Shown piece after piece: positions 20,134-29,681 of a stretch of 64,000 nucleotides of DNA. Under the pieces are notes generated by a model. That model worked only from the letters and a program-made list of their open reading frames with translations, had not been told where the DNA came from and did not search any database. Source of the DNA: Candidatus Omnitrophota bacterium. Its GTDB lineage: Bacteria; Omnitrophota; Gorgyraeia; Gygaellales; JBFMHM01. Position 1 is the first letter of the stretch, and each line of letters begins with the position of its first letter. The translations under genes were made by a program, and so were the position numbers. The stretch lies in the NCBI GenBank assembly GCA_040753015.1, contig JBFMHM010000003.1, positions 83,463-147,462 of the forward strand, read 5' to 3'.

Positions 20134-23100
20134 TTACCCAACAATTGTAATCTGTATTTGCGACAAGTCAATACCGCCGGTTGTAACAGGCGCGGTTTTT
20201 GCGCCTTGTCCTTTAGACGATACAGATTGTGCTTTGGCTAATACTTCCATTTCTTCTAAAGTTGTATTTGGATCGCTCGCCTTAGCCGCAGCAAGGTCAT
20301 CGATAAGCGGCTTAAACACTAGCTCTAATATTTCTTTATAATCACCGGCAATATGCAGGCCTTCTAAGTTAACGCGTATTCCAGCTTTAATTTCATTTAA
20401 AGCGGCAATAAGTAAATCAAATGATTGCTCATCATAATATTTATCGCTAGTTAATATTCTAATTACTTGCTTTGCCCGCTCAGTAATAGGGGCATCTAAT
20501 AAATCCGAGCCATTTAATTTAGCGATAAGTTCTTGTTTTAAAGCGGGCGATAAAACCGCTGCGCTAAATTGGTGCTCGGTTAATTTAGGAGCTTTAGCGT
20601 TAGCGCGAATACGATCAATTGTTCTTTGTAATTCTAAAAGTGCAGCTGGGTCTATTTTAACAATAGCCGTCCTTATAACTGATTCCATATCATATGAATC
20701 ACCAAGAGCTTTAAAATATGGTAACTGTTTAATCAAGAATTCAACTGTAGCTGGATCAGCGATCCGACCAAGCGCATTAATAATGGCTTTCCACTCTTGA
20801 ATTTTATCATCATACGAGGTCTCTGCCGCATGTTTTCCCATAACATCTTGATATGCCTTGATAAGCGCTTCTACTATTACCGGATTTCTTTCTCGTCCAA
20901 ACAGACGAATTATAGCCATCCTTTTATTTACATCATTGCTTACTTGAAGGTCCCTAATAACGCGCGAAACGCGTATTGGCACGCCTAACGCTTCAAGAAA
21001 AGGAAATAAAATTTTATCACAATAAGCTTGGTCGGTCTTAGGCAATCGATTGATTAAATCTTTGCGCCAGTTTGCCCATTGCTCAATTTCCGGATTAAAA
21101 CAACATCTTACATATTCTAAAAAAGCTTTGGTAAAAACACTCTGCGTATCTTCATATAAGGGGCGGGTAAGATCACCGGATTTTAATCTTACATATATTG
21201 CTTGTTCAAAATCTTTAATTATTAGATCTATCACAACCTTATTGCCAGCCTGCGATAAAGCAACAATAATAGCTTCTAAATCTTTGTCTTTCTGTAAAAG
21301 CCGTTTTAATTTCGTATATTGCTTTTCAGTAAAGCTTTCCTGATGAGTATTTGCTATTTGTATAAGGCTTGCTAATACTTCGGGTTTATTTTCATCTTGC
21401 GGTAATTGTTGCCTACGAGTTGGGGCTTGCGCATATTCTACGCGCCCAAGTAATACACTGACCGCCTCTTCTGTACCAATCTTACCCAACTCTGTAATAG
21501 CATCTTTGCGTGTTTGGTCTGGGTCGGTTCTCATTGCAATAAGCACACGAAAGTCTGCTTTTAGTTTAGGCCAATTATAATCAGTAGTTTCAATGATTTG
21601 AGCACATCTTTTAACTGCTTGCTCTCTTTGGCCTTTAGTCAAATCTTCAGCAAGTAATACACCGGTTAGCTGGAATTCAAGCTCTGTATTATAACGGCTA
21701 TCTCTTTTGCAAAGTTCAGTGTGTATTGCAACCATTGTATCTATTGCTTCAATTGCCGGGCCAAGAAGAATACGCTCTGCTAATCTGCGTGAGCCTTGAT
21801 GACATAGCTGTTGATTATTAACCATAGCATCAAGTGTCTCTACTGCTTTATCTTGATCAATTTTAGTTAAAAGTAATGACAAGAATTCAATACATTGAAC
21901 CTCATCGGATAACTTATAACTAACTATAGCTAATCTAGGCTGGTTTTGGCCTAGCGTATTTATAAAAATAGCTATTACCTGAGGTTCTTGTACGGCTATA
22001 AGCTCTACCATAAGATCAAAGGCAACAACGCCTTTAGCTTTAGCAAAGCCTGATAATGCTTTAACAACATCTGCTGGCAAGCGGCCAAGTATACATATAT
22101 CCGAGACTCTTCTTAGTTCTCTTGCGTATACTTGCTGCGGTGAGTCACTATCTGTTGTTCTTGCTGTAGCTGCAACACTGGCTTGTTGTTTTAATTTTTG
22201 CAACTTATCATAACTTCTACTAAGTTCAGTTTGTATTGCTTCTATGTCATCGATACTCTTTTGAAAGCTTATAGTTTCTGTTTGGCCTTTAGTTACAGTT
22301 CCTTGCTGCCTTATTGCATCTACTAAAGCAATAAGACTATTTACAGTAGTAAGCCCGGCAATTTTATCTTCGGTTTCAAGATGAGTTCTGATAGCAGCAA
22401 TATATGGTTTATATATTCTTGTTTCCATCATATGGGCAAGCACATAACAAGATAATGGTAAATTAATAAGGACTTCTTCAGTAAGTGTTCCTTTATATTG
22501 AGCAAAGCAAAGCCTAGCTCTTGCAGAGTCTAAAAAGCTTAGCCAAGTTATTAGGCTTACCACATCATCAGAAGTCCTGGCAAAACTACCCATAAATACT
22601 AAAGTTGCTGTTTCTGTATCTAAGTAAGTGAGTAATTCTAATACAGCTGGTTGTATATCTGGCTGCCTTGTAAGATTAACTAACATTCTAACGGCTTGTT
22701 CTTTATTACAATTAGTGCTTATAAGCAGTGCTATTTGACTAAACGCTTCTTGTCTTTGGGAGTTAGTAAGACAAGTTGCTTCTTGAAGCAATGTTCTTAG
22801 CCTTTGAGCAAGCGGTAGGCTTGTAACAGGCCAGGCCTTGTTTCTTGGAGAGAACATATCCATAACTCGCTTAGCTATACCTAATTCTTGCGGCTTTTCT
22901 TCATCTTCTGATACTTGAGCTTCTGGAATAGCTAAAGCAGTTATTGTTGTTCTTGCTTCAACAACATAATCTTCAAATAAAATACCAGCTGCTTGTAATT
23001 GTAATTCTGACCGTCTTTCATCTGTTATTGCCTCTGTAACAACAGCTAATCCTGGCGTAGATAGTTCAACATTAGTTACAAATATTGGCCTGTTGGCAAT

Positions 23101-26100
23101 ATACCTTAAGTTCCATCCTAACCTATTTATGAAGTAGCCTGCTCTTTGAGCTTTAGTGCCGTTATCTGCAGTTTGCGTATCACTAACCTGCTCTAACGTT
23201 AGATTATCCCTTAAAGATACGAAGAAATCATCTTGAATATTGCCATTAGTAATAGTCTCATTAACAACATCAACCAAGTATTCAAATACTAATCTTAGTT
23301 CTTGTAAAGAAGAGCTTGTTAGATTATTAATAACGCCTCTTGATAACAAGGCTGTTTCGCTATCTATGTAAGCTAAGGCAGTTTCAAGTATTAGCCTTTG
23401 CTCTTGACTGCCAGCTTGAGCATGCCTAATCATGCGCCTAAAATCAAGTAAGGTATATGCTAAATGCCTGCGCCTCTGCTCTGAATAAGCTAGGCCTTTA
23501 GATAAGTCTAAGTCTTGAAGCATGGGGCTTATACCGCTAGTTGCAGCTGCAGCTAAGACTGGGAGGGTTTGTGGAGAAGCAGCAGGGATTTCTGCTGTTC
23601 TTACCACACCAGACTTTTGGCTTTGAGTGGTTTGTTTTAGAGTTAACAAGCCTTTTCTGGTTTTTTCGTATTCTACGGTTACTTCTATACCTAGGATATC
23701 TTTTAAGGCTTGGGCTAAGTCTGTTGAGTCAGAGGTTTGAAGTAGTGTTAGAAAGTTTATTTCTTTACCTGTTTTTTCTCTTAATTGTTTATCTATTTCG
23801 TTGATGACTTTTTGAAGGGCTTCATTAGGCGCTGCACCTCCTCTTCCAAATTCAATGCCTAGTAAGTCGCAAAGGTCTTCTTCTAATTGCTTGAGTTTAG
23901 CTTTTTTGGTTTTCTTTTCTGAATAAAGCTGGTTTAAGTTAATTCCTGCGTCCTTTACTATTTGCTCAAGGCTAATGCCTTTTTCTTCTAAGTAATCTAT
24001 TACCACATGGCCTGTCTCATGGCCTTGAATGAAGTTAAGTACTTGCTCTAATGTAGGTATATTGTTATTAAAGTATTGCCTGAAATCTTTTAAATGCTTT
24101 TTTAATAGGTTACGGTTTACAATGTATATTGTACGAATATACTTAGTTATTCCTTCTACTACCTTCATTACCCTTGTAAATAGGCCGTGTATACGGTTAC
24201 GTAACATTAATGTTCTGTAAAGAAGGCGAAAACCAATTTCATATTGCTCAACAATGTCTTCTATTTTTTCTTCGCCACAGCATCTTAATGTTACGCCGTT
24301 TACTGTAATTTCGCTAGCTAATCCAGTTCTTTTGCGAGCACTATGAAGCCTTGCCGCAATAGCAGGTATTTCTGAATTTAAACTAGCATCTTCGATATGA
24401 ATATTACCATAGGTTATAGTAGTTTTTAATCTCCAAATTATTATACCTCTAGAGCCACTGGCATCACGTTGAAAGCCAACCTGCTCTATCATCATTTCTA
24501 ATGTATCCAAAATATAAACAAGATTTTCGCGGCTGATACCAGGACATAAATTCTCAACTTTTTCCTTAAGTATTTCATATATTCTGGATATACCACCACG
24601 AACACCAATCATAACGTTATCTCCAAAAACAAGAGATAATACTTTTTTTGCAAATTGCACTGATTCAGACAAAGAACCAGAAACTATTGAAGAATCTCTT
24701 TTAGCCCATATAGAATGCCCTTTAGTAACAGAACTATCACCTATATATTCTAATCGGCTCTCCACAATAGCAATTATTCTATCAACCATATTCGTATCCA
24801 TATTAGGATAATATTGCAATATGGTATTCCTAATACTTTGAAATAAATCAATTTTATCTCCAGGCCATTCTATCATCATAGTTCGATGCGATCGCCCTTG
24901 AGTCGGATCTGTTAGCTGTGAATTAGTAAAAAGGCTGGCCAGTATTTGTTCTGCTAAAAGGCGGCATTTTTCTTCCATCTCCATAGCTGACAATACAGCT
25001 GTTTTTGAAATTCCACCTTCTTTTAAAACGGCTTCATTAATTATTCGAAGTTCACTGGGCATTTTTGTAGTATCTACCTTTACATCAGCAAGCCCTATAG
25101 CTGTTAATCGTTCTTCTAATGTAGAGGCATCTGTGGTAAGAAATGTGGTTAGGCTTTGTTTCAATTGTCCTTTTAGAATGCTATCGAGCTTTTCAAGCTC
25201 ATCTTCTAAGTCTTTTGGTATGGCTATTTGCCCTAAGGCAAAGGCTAAACCAAATATATCTGCAAGCCGTTCTTCTTCAGTTTCAGATATTTCAGTTAAA
25301 AGATTACCTTGTAATTTTAGATTATCAATAAGTGCATGAAAGGTTTCGTGGCCATCTAAAAACCTAAGTGCTTGTTCTAATGTAGGAACAAAACCAAATA
25401 TTGGCTCAAAATCAGATAAGTGTTCTTGCACGCTCTGTTTATTTACATAAATAACTTTGCCATCTAATGTACGAACATATAAACCATGAATTAATGCTCT
25501 TTGTTCTTCAAATTGTTTTGTTTCTGGATTCCAAGTTAAAACACCTTTACAATTCGTTTTTTGTATTTTAAAGGCTTTTACCACATCACCAGGAGCAACA
25601 ATTTCTGAAAGAGGCATTGTAACATTAACTCCCCCACTAACATAGCTTCTTCTAATATTAGCCTTTAGCTCTTCATTGTAGTTAGTTTTAGAGAGGTGGT
25701 ATTCTCCTTGTTTTACTGAGTCTAGGTATGCAGCAAAGATTTGTTGTGGGGTTACAGGTTCTTTTGAGATAAGACCGTTTAGGTTGTTGGTGTTAATGAT
25801 TGATGAAAAGGCGTTCTTCAGTTCGTCCGTTCGCTGGTTCGTCAGTTCTTCTAACTTTTCGCTTTGACTTTTCCCGCCTGAGGCGGGTCCGCCTTTGGCG
25901 GATACGTTTTCTTTGTACCACTTAGCTAGTATTATTGCATTGTAAATTTGTCTTAGTGACTCATAGCTAGGGTCATGGTTTACTTTATAGGTTAGGTTAG
26001 GTAGTATTAGTTCTTTTAGTTGAGCTTCACAGTAGGATTGTAACTCTTGGTTGTTATCAAACTCCCCCTTTATCCCCCTCTTTGGTAAAGAGGGGGTCTG

Positions 26101-26742
26101 GGGGAGTTGTAGATACTCACTTTCCAGTAACACTTTCAGTGTTGATTTGGTTATTACACAGCTACCTTTTCCGTCTTCGTATACTTCTGCTTTGTCTGGG
26201 ACTATCCAGACACGGAAGGTTGTGGGAATACTAAGGGTTCGTCTGTTCTTCAGTTCGCCAGTTCGTCGGTTAGATAATTGTTTTGCCTTGGCAAATACAC
26301 GTTCCCAATAGGTAGTTGCTCCTGTAGATAATCCGGGAAATAGGCTAAAGGCTGTGTCTTTCTTAAGCTTTAGGTCTAGGAGTAGTAGATGCTTACCCAT
26401 GTCTGTGTAGGATAGATTAGTTCCTGTGAGCCTGTTAGGTTGGTTTGGGTTAAGGTTAACCCAGAATTCAGAGTCGTCTATTGTTAGAGCTGTTAGAAAG
26501 TAGTTTATGTTGGTCTGTAGGTTGTTACGTTGGTCTAGGGAAAGAATGGTGCCTTTGGGGATGTTTAGGTTGAATTGGATACCTGTAGAGACGCACTGCA
26601 GTGCGTCTCTACCATTTAAATCAATGCCCAATAATGTTGGGTTTAATTGCCCTGATGATATTTGGGTTATGTTTTGAAAACCATAACATAAGTGGTTAAA
26701 ACAAAAAATCCCTGCTAATAATAAGATAAATATACGTTTCAT
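20134..26742 (-). CDS. Giant exported multidomain protein (~2200 aa): N-terminal domain, two HExxH zinc-peptidase-like modules, HEAT repeats, C-terminal GGIDL motif
   Basis: Signal peptide MKRIFILLLAGIFCF from ATG 26742 (the ORF-track start 26772 lies in a repeat array); HETFH at 25336-25350, HETGH at 24007-24021; AITELGKIG and AIINALGRIAD HEAT-like repeats. Confidence 0.8.
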   Translation of the reverse strand: MKRIFILLLAGIFCFNHLCYGFQNITQISSGQLNPTLLGIDLNGRDALQCVSTGIQFNLNIPKGTILSLDQRNNLQTNINYFLTALTIDDSEFWVNLNPNQPNRLTGTNLSYTDMGKHLLLLDLKLKKDTAFSLFPGLSTGATTYWERVFAKAKQLSNRRTGELKNRRTLSIPTTFRVWIVPDKAEVYEDGKGSCVITKSTLKVLLESEYLQLPQTPSLPKRGIKGEFDNNQELQSYCEAQLKELILPNLTYKVNHDPSYESLRQIYNAIILAKWYKENVSAKGGPASGGKSQSEKLEELTNQRTDELKNAFSSIINTNNLNGLISKEPVTPQQIFAAYLDSVKQGEYHLSKTNYNEELKANIRRSYVSGGVNVTMPLSEIVAPGDVVKAFKIQKTNCKGVLTWNPETKQFEEQRALIHGLYVRTLDGKVIYVNKQSVQEHLSDFEPIFGFVPTLEQALRFLDGHETFHALIDNLKLQGNLLTEISETEEERLADIFGLAFALGQIAIPKDLEDELEKLDSILKGQLKQSLTTFLTTDASTLEERLTAIGLADVKVDTTKMPSELRIINEAVLKEGGISKTAVLSAMEMEEKCRLLAEQILASLFTNSQLTDPTQGRSHRTMMIEWPGDKIDLFQSIRNTILQYYPNMDTNMVDRIIAIVESRLEYIGDSSVTKGHSIWAKRDSSIVSGSLSESVQFAKKVLSLVFGDNVMIGVRGGISRIYEILKEKVENLCPGISRENLVYILDTLEMMIEQVGFQRDASGSRGIIIWRLKTTITYGNIHIEDASLNSEIPAIAARLHSARKRTGLASEITVNGVTLRCCGEEKIEDIVEQYEIGFRLLYRTLMLRNRIHGLFTRVMKVVEGITKYIRTIYIVNRNLLKKHLKDFRQYFNNNIPTLEQVLNFIQGHETGHVVIDYLEEKGISLEQIVKDAGINLNQLYSEKKTKKAKLKQLEEDLCDLLGIEFGRGGAAPNEALQKVINEIDKQLREKTGKEINFLTLLQTSDSTDLAQALKDILGIEVTVEYEKTRKGLLTLKQTTQSQKSGVVRTAEIPAASPQTLPVLAAAATSGISPMLQDLDLSKGLAYSEQRRRHLAYTLLDFRRMIRHAQAGSQEQRLILETALAYIDSETALLSRGVINNLTSSSLQELRLVFEYLVDVVNETITNGNIQDDFFVSLRDNLTLEQVSDTQTADNGTKAQRAGYFINRLGWNLRYIANRPIFVTNVELSTPGLAVVTEAITDERRSELQLQAAGILFEDYVVEARTTITALAIPEAQVSEDEEKPQELGIAKRVMDMFSPRNKAWPVTSLPLAQRLRTLLQEATCLTNSQRQEAFSQIALLISTNCNKEQAVRMLVNLTRQPDIQPAVLELLTYLDTETATLVFMGSFARTSDDVVSLITWLSFLDSARARLCFAQYKGTLTEEVLINLPLSCYVLAHMMETRIYKPYIAAIRTHLETEDKIAGLTTVNSLIALVDAIRQQGTVTKGQTETISFQKSIDDIEAIQTELSRSYDKLQKLKQQASVAATARTTDSDSPQQVYARELRRVSDICILGRLPADVVKALSGFAKAKGVVAFDLMVELIAVQEPQVIAIFINTLGQNQPRLAIVSYKLSDEVQCIEFLSLLLTKIDQDKAVETLDAMVNNQQLCHQGSRRLAERILLGPAIEAIDTMVAIHTELCKRDSRYNTELEFQLTGVLLAEDLTKGQREQAVKRCAQIIETTDYNWPKLKADFRVLIAMRTDPDQTRKDAITELGKIGTEEAVSVLLGRVEYAQAPTRRQQLPQDENKPEVLASLIQIANTHQESFTEKQYTKLKRLLQKDKDLEAIIVALSQAGNKVVIDLIIKDFEQAIYVRLKSGDLTRPLYEDTQSVFTKAFLEYVRCCFNPEIEQWANWRKDLINRLPKTDQAYCDKILFPFLEALGVPIRVSRVIRDLQVSNDVNKRMAIIRLFGRERNPVIVEALIKAYQDVMGKHAAETSYDDKIQEWKAIINALGRIADPATVEFLIKQLPYFKALGDSYDMESVIRTAIVKIDPAALLELQRTIDRIRANAKAPKLTEHQFSAAVLSPALKQELIAKLNGSDLLDAPITERAKQVIRILTSDKYYDEQSFDLLIAALNEIKAGIRVNLEGLHIAGDYKEILELVFKPLIDDLAAAKASDPNTTLEEMEVLAKAQSVSSKGQGAKTAPVTTGGIDLSQIQITIVG
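25813..25852. repeat. Octamer tandem array GTTCNNNN x5, in frame in the giant gene
   Basis: gttcttca gttcgtcc gttcgctg gttcgtca gttcttct. Confidence 0.75.
25873..25902. mobile_element. 30-bp twin-hairpin element, copy 2 (in frame in the giant gene, SAKGGPASGG)
   Basis: cccgcc-tga-ggcggg + tccgcc-ttt-ggcgga. Confidence 0.85.
26060..26108. repeat. 49-bp GC-rich palindromic element in frame in the giant gene
   Basis: Outer stem aactccccc/gggggagtt, inner stem ccccctcttt-ggt-aaagaggggg; encodes LPQTPSLPKRGIKGEF. Confidence 0.8.
26237..26268. repeat. Octamer tandem array GTTCNNNN x4, in frame in the giant gene
   Basis: gttcgtct gttcttca gttcgcca gttcgtcg. Confidence 0.75.
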
Positions 26743-26760
26743 AGTTAAATTCATGATTAA

Positions 26761-26878
26761 ATCAAAAATCAAAATGCAAAAATCAAAATTACAAATTAAA
26801 ATTCAAAATTAGATTCAAATACCCTAAAATCTTTAATTTTTGATATGTCATTTTGATATTTGATTTTTAATATTTGAT
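26761..26878. repeat. Heptamer-periodic long imperfect inverted repeat (ATCAAAA type)
   Basis: Left arm 26761-26808 aligns without gaps to the reverse complement of 26831-26878 (about 37/48 by hand). Confidence 0.8.
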
Positions 26879-26894
26879 ATATTCTTATAGTATA

Positions 26895-26923
26895 AGTATG
26901 CACTATAGATAGGCTAATTTCAA
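26895..26923 (-). promoter_or_regulatory. Candidate promoter of the giant gene
   Basis: TTGAAA-17-CATACT. Confidence 0.5.
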
Positions 26924-26944
26924 GGGTTTTGGGGCGAAAAATGT

Positions 26945-27029
26945 AAGCGGTTACAAATCAGGTATACCTCTTGGTGATTATACCTGATTTGATCCCGAGT
27001 CATACGAGGGAACTATCATATAACCACTT
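26945..27029 (-). other. Candidate structured RNA (three-way junction) or DNA hairpin
   Basis: 13-bp perfect stem 26954-26966/26979-26991 enclosed by a 9-bp stem 26945-26953/27021-27029 that pairs fully (one G-U) only on the minus strand. Confidence 0.5.
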
Positions 27030-27049
27030 TAAAATACTAGACTTAAGAA

Positions 27050-27129
27050 TTACGCAGTATATTTATTTATTGCGTTTAGGTAGGCTTTAATTGAGGCTTC
27101 AATTACATCTGTTGAACTGCCGCGGCCAA
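27050..27129 (-). repeat. Displaced duplicate of the leuA 3' end
   Basis: 27061-27115 is identical to 28187-28241 (55 bp); the next 14 bp differ only synonymously; encodes [25 protein letters not shown]. Confidence 0.92.
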
Positions 27130-27137
27130 TTTTAAGT

Positions 27138-28145
27138 TTATTTCACAATATTTAATTTTTTCGCCCAGTCTTTCGATGAGGGCAAATATTTTTTTAGCGT
27201 CTTTGGCAACGACTTATTTAAAGAATATGTCGAAACACCTATCGGTTTTTTAACATCCTTAAGGGCATATTCAACAACTGTACGGCTCTTACTTTTACAA
27301 ATAATAATTCCAATGGCCGGATTTTCTTCTTCAAGTTTATCCCGATCATTAAGCGCAGAAAGATAAAACTGCATCTTCCCAGCATACTCAGGTTTAAAAT
27401 CGCCGATCTTAAGCTCAATTGCAACTAAACATCTCAATTTTCTATGATACAAAAGAATATCCACGAAATATTCGCGGCCGTCAATCTCTATCCTATGTTG
27501 ATTGGTGATAAAACAAAAGTTTCCGCCTAATTCCAGCAGAAACCGCCTAACATTTACCATGAGTGCCCGCTCCAACTCATTCTCCAAATGCTCATCACCC
27601 AATTCCAAAAAATCAAATGTGTACTCATCCTTAACAGCGAGTTTTGCTTGATTTCGAATATTAACGGGCACTGTTTTGTCAAAGCTAGTCTGATTAAGAA
27701 GCGTTTTATCGTAAGACTGATTCTCGATTTGATGAATAAGAACATCTTTCGTCCACCCGAACTTCTTAGTCATGTTGATATAGAAAACGCGCGCTTCTTC
27801 TTTCTTGCACTGGCTCATAATAACCAGATGTTTCGCCCAACTAATTTCTCCAACCAATGGTTGGAGAATTAAGCTCCCTTGATATTCTCCATAAAACTGC
27901 CTCATATACCAAAGATTCTGCGACGAAAAACCCTTGATTCCCGGAAATTCCTTTTGTAAATCTTGAGCTAATGTTTCAACAATCGCCTTACCCCACCCAA
28001 ACTCTTTTTGCTTCTCAATAATCCTTCTCCCAATATCCCAATAAAGCGCAATAAGTTCTTTATTAACAACTTTTAATGCTTCATATTGCGAAGAGCGAAC
28101 TCGTTCTTTAATATCCTCAAGAAAAAACTTATAATCACTATTCAA
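27138..28145 (-). CDS. DUF1016/YhcG family PD-(D/E)XK nuclease-domain protein
   Basis: LYWDIGRRI, WGKAIVETLAQDL, GFSSQNLWYMRQFY, KDEYTFDFL, DILLYHRKLRCLVAIELK, GKMQFYL. Start uncertain (TTG 28145, or in-frame ACG after GAGGA). Confidence 0.9.
   Translation of the reverse strand: MNSDYKFFLEDIKERVRSSQYEALKVVNKELIALYWDIGRRIIEKQKEFGWGKAIVETLAQDLQKEFPGIKGFSSQNLWYMRQFYGEYQGSLILQPLVGEISWAKHLVIMSQCKKEEARVFYINMTKKFGWTKDVLIHQIENQSYDKTLLNQTSFDKTVPVNIRNQAKLAVKDEYTFDFLELGDEHLENELERALMVNVRRFLLELGGNFCFITNQHRIEIDGREYFVDILLYHRKLRCLVAIELKIGDFKPEYAGKMQFYLSALNDRDKLEEENPAIGIIICKSKSRTVVEYALKDVKKPIGVSTYSLNKSLPKTLKKYLPSSKDWAKKLNIVK
27846..27868. repeat. Perfect in-frame palindrome in DUF1016
   Basis: ttctccaacc-aat-ggttggagaa, encodes ILQPLVGEI. 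Confidence 0.85.
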
Positions 28146-28175
28146 TTTTAGCTTCGTAATGTCCTCGCTTTTATG

Positions 28176-29681
28176 TTAAACGACTAATTTATTTATTGCG
28201 TTTAGGTAGGCTTTAATTGAGGCTTCAATTACATCTGTTGACGAGCCACGGCCAAAGATTTCTTTATTTTTTATAGTTAGTTTTAGCGTTACTTCCCCTT
28301 GAGCGTCTTTACCGTGAGTTACCGCAGAAATTTTATAGTCAGAAAGTTTTGGTGTTAATTTAGTAATTTTATCAATTGTTCTAAAACAGGCATCAACCGG
28401 ACCATCCCCCGAAGACTCTGCACAAACATTCTTTCCTTCAAATTTTAAAATAATTGCGCTTTTTGGTTTGATCTTATTACCTGAAGTTATTTCAAAACTT
28501 TGCAATTTATAGATTTCTTTAACTTTTTTTATTTCTTCATCTAAAATAATCAATAAATCATCATCAAAAATTTCTTTTTTCTTATCGGCAAGATCTTTAA
28601 ATTTTATAAAAGCCTCATCAATTTGTTTTTGGCTTAATTTAAATCCTAATTTTTCAAGGCGGCTAGTAAAGGCATGACGGCCAGAGTGTTTTCCAAGCAC
28701 AATTCCTTCAATAATAAAACCGACATCTTCAGGGTTAATTATTTCATATGTTGATGCCTCTTTTAATACACCGTCCTGGTGAATTCCTGACTCATGACGA
28801 AAAGCATTTCCACCAACAATTGCTTTATTCCGCGGAACCTCAAAACCCGTAAGTTTACTAACCAAGCGAGAAGTCTTGCAAATTTCTTTTGTATTGATCG
28901 TTGTATATAAATTTTTGAATATGTTTTTCTTTACCCACATCGCCATAACTATTTCTTCTAAGCTTGCGTTTCCTGCGCGCTCACCAATACCATTAATAGT
29001 ACATTCCACTTGGCGCGCCCCATTTAAAACTGCACTCAAACTATTTGCACTAGCAAGTCCTAAGTCATTATGACAATGCACAGAAATAACTACCCTATCA
29101 ATATTAGGCACATTATTTTTTATATCACGAATAAGTTCGCCAAAACCCTGCGGCTCAGTAAAACCAACGGTATCGGGAATATTTATCGTTTTTGCACCAA
29201 CATCAATTACAGCTTCTACGACTTTATACAAAAATTCTTTTTCTGTCCTTGCCGCATCTTCTGGAGAAAATTCAATATCGTTAATATATTTTTTCGCATA
29301 TTTTACACTCTCAACTGCCAGGCGCAAAATTTCATCTTTAGCCTTATTAAGCTTGAATTTTCTATGAATTGGGGATGTTGCTAAAAATACATGTATACGA
29401 GGACGCTTTGCTTTTTTAACAGCCTGATATGCCGCGTCTATATCTTTACGGGTTGCACGCGCTAAGCCGCACACGCCGCATTTTTTTATTTTCAAAGCAA
29501 CAGTCTCAACCGCCTTAAAATCTCCTGGGCTTGCAATAGGAAAACCTGCTTCAATAATATTAACCCCTAAGCGCTCTAACTGTAAAGCAACTTCAAGCTT
29601 TTCTTGAGGGTTTAATGCTGCGCCCGGCGCCTGTTCTCCATCACGCAGAGTCGTATCAAAAATAACTACTTTTTCATCCAT
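28176..29681 (-). CDS. leuA: 2-isopropylmalate synthase
   Basis: [41 protein letters not shown]. Confidence 0.96.
   Translation of the reverse strand: MDEKVVIFDTTLRDGEQAPGAALNPQEKLEVALQLERLGVNIIEAGFPIASPGDFKAVETVALKIKKCGVCGLARATRKDIDAAYQAVKKAKRPRIHVFLATSPIHRKFKLNKAKDEILRLAVESVKYAKKYINDIEFSPEDAARTEKEFLYKVVEAVIDVGAKTINIPDTVGFTEPQGFGELIRDIKNNVPNIDRVVISVHCHNDLGLASANSLSAVLNGARQVECTINGIGERAGNASLEEIVMAMWVKKNIFKNLYTTINTKEICKTSRLVSKLTGFEVPRNKAIVGGNAFRHESGIHQDGVLKEASTYEIINPEDVGFIIEGIVLGKHSGRHAFTSRLEKLGFKLSQKQIDEAFIKFKDLADKKKEIFDDDLLIILDEEIKKVKEIYKLQSFEITSGNKIKPKSAIILKFEGKNVCAESSGDGPVDACFRTIDKITKLTPKLSDYKISAVTHGKDAQGEVTLKLTIKNKEIFGRGSSTDVIEASIKAYLNAINKLVV

Noticed and set aside
28154-28181. TTATGTTAAAC resembling the XerD arm of dif, at the leuA/DUF1016 junction
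   Set aside because: No XerC-like arm at 6-bp spacing and no convincing partner site at the other end; such an AT-rich word can occur by chance here. Worth rechecking only if other DUF1016 junctions show it.
27061-28241. Diversity-generating retroelement template/variable repeat pair
   Set aside because: Differences are few, synonymous and not adenine-specific, and there is no reverse transcriptase in the window.
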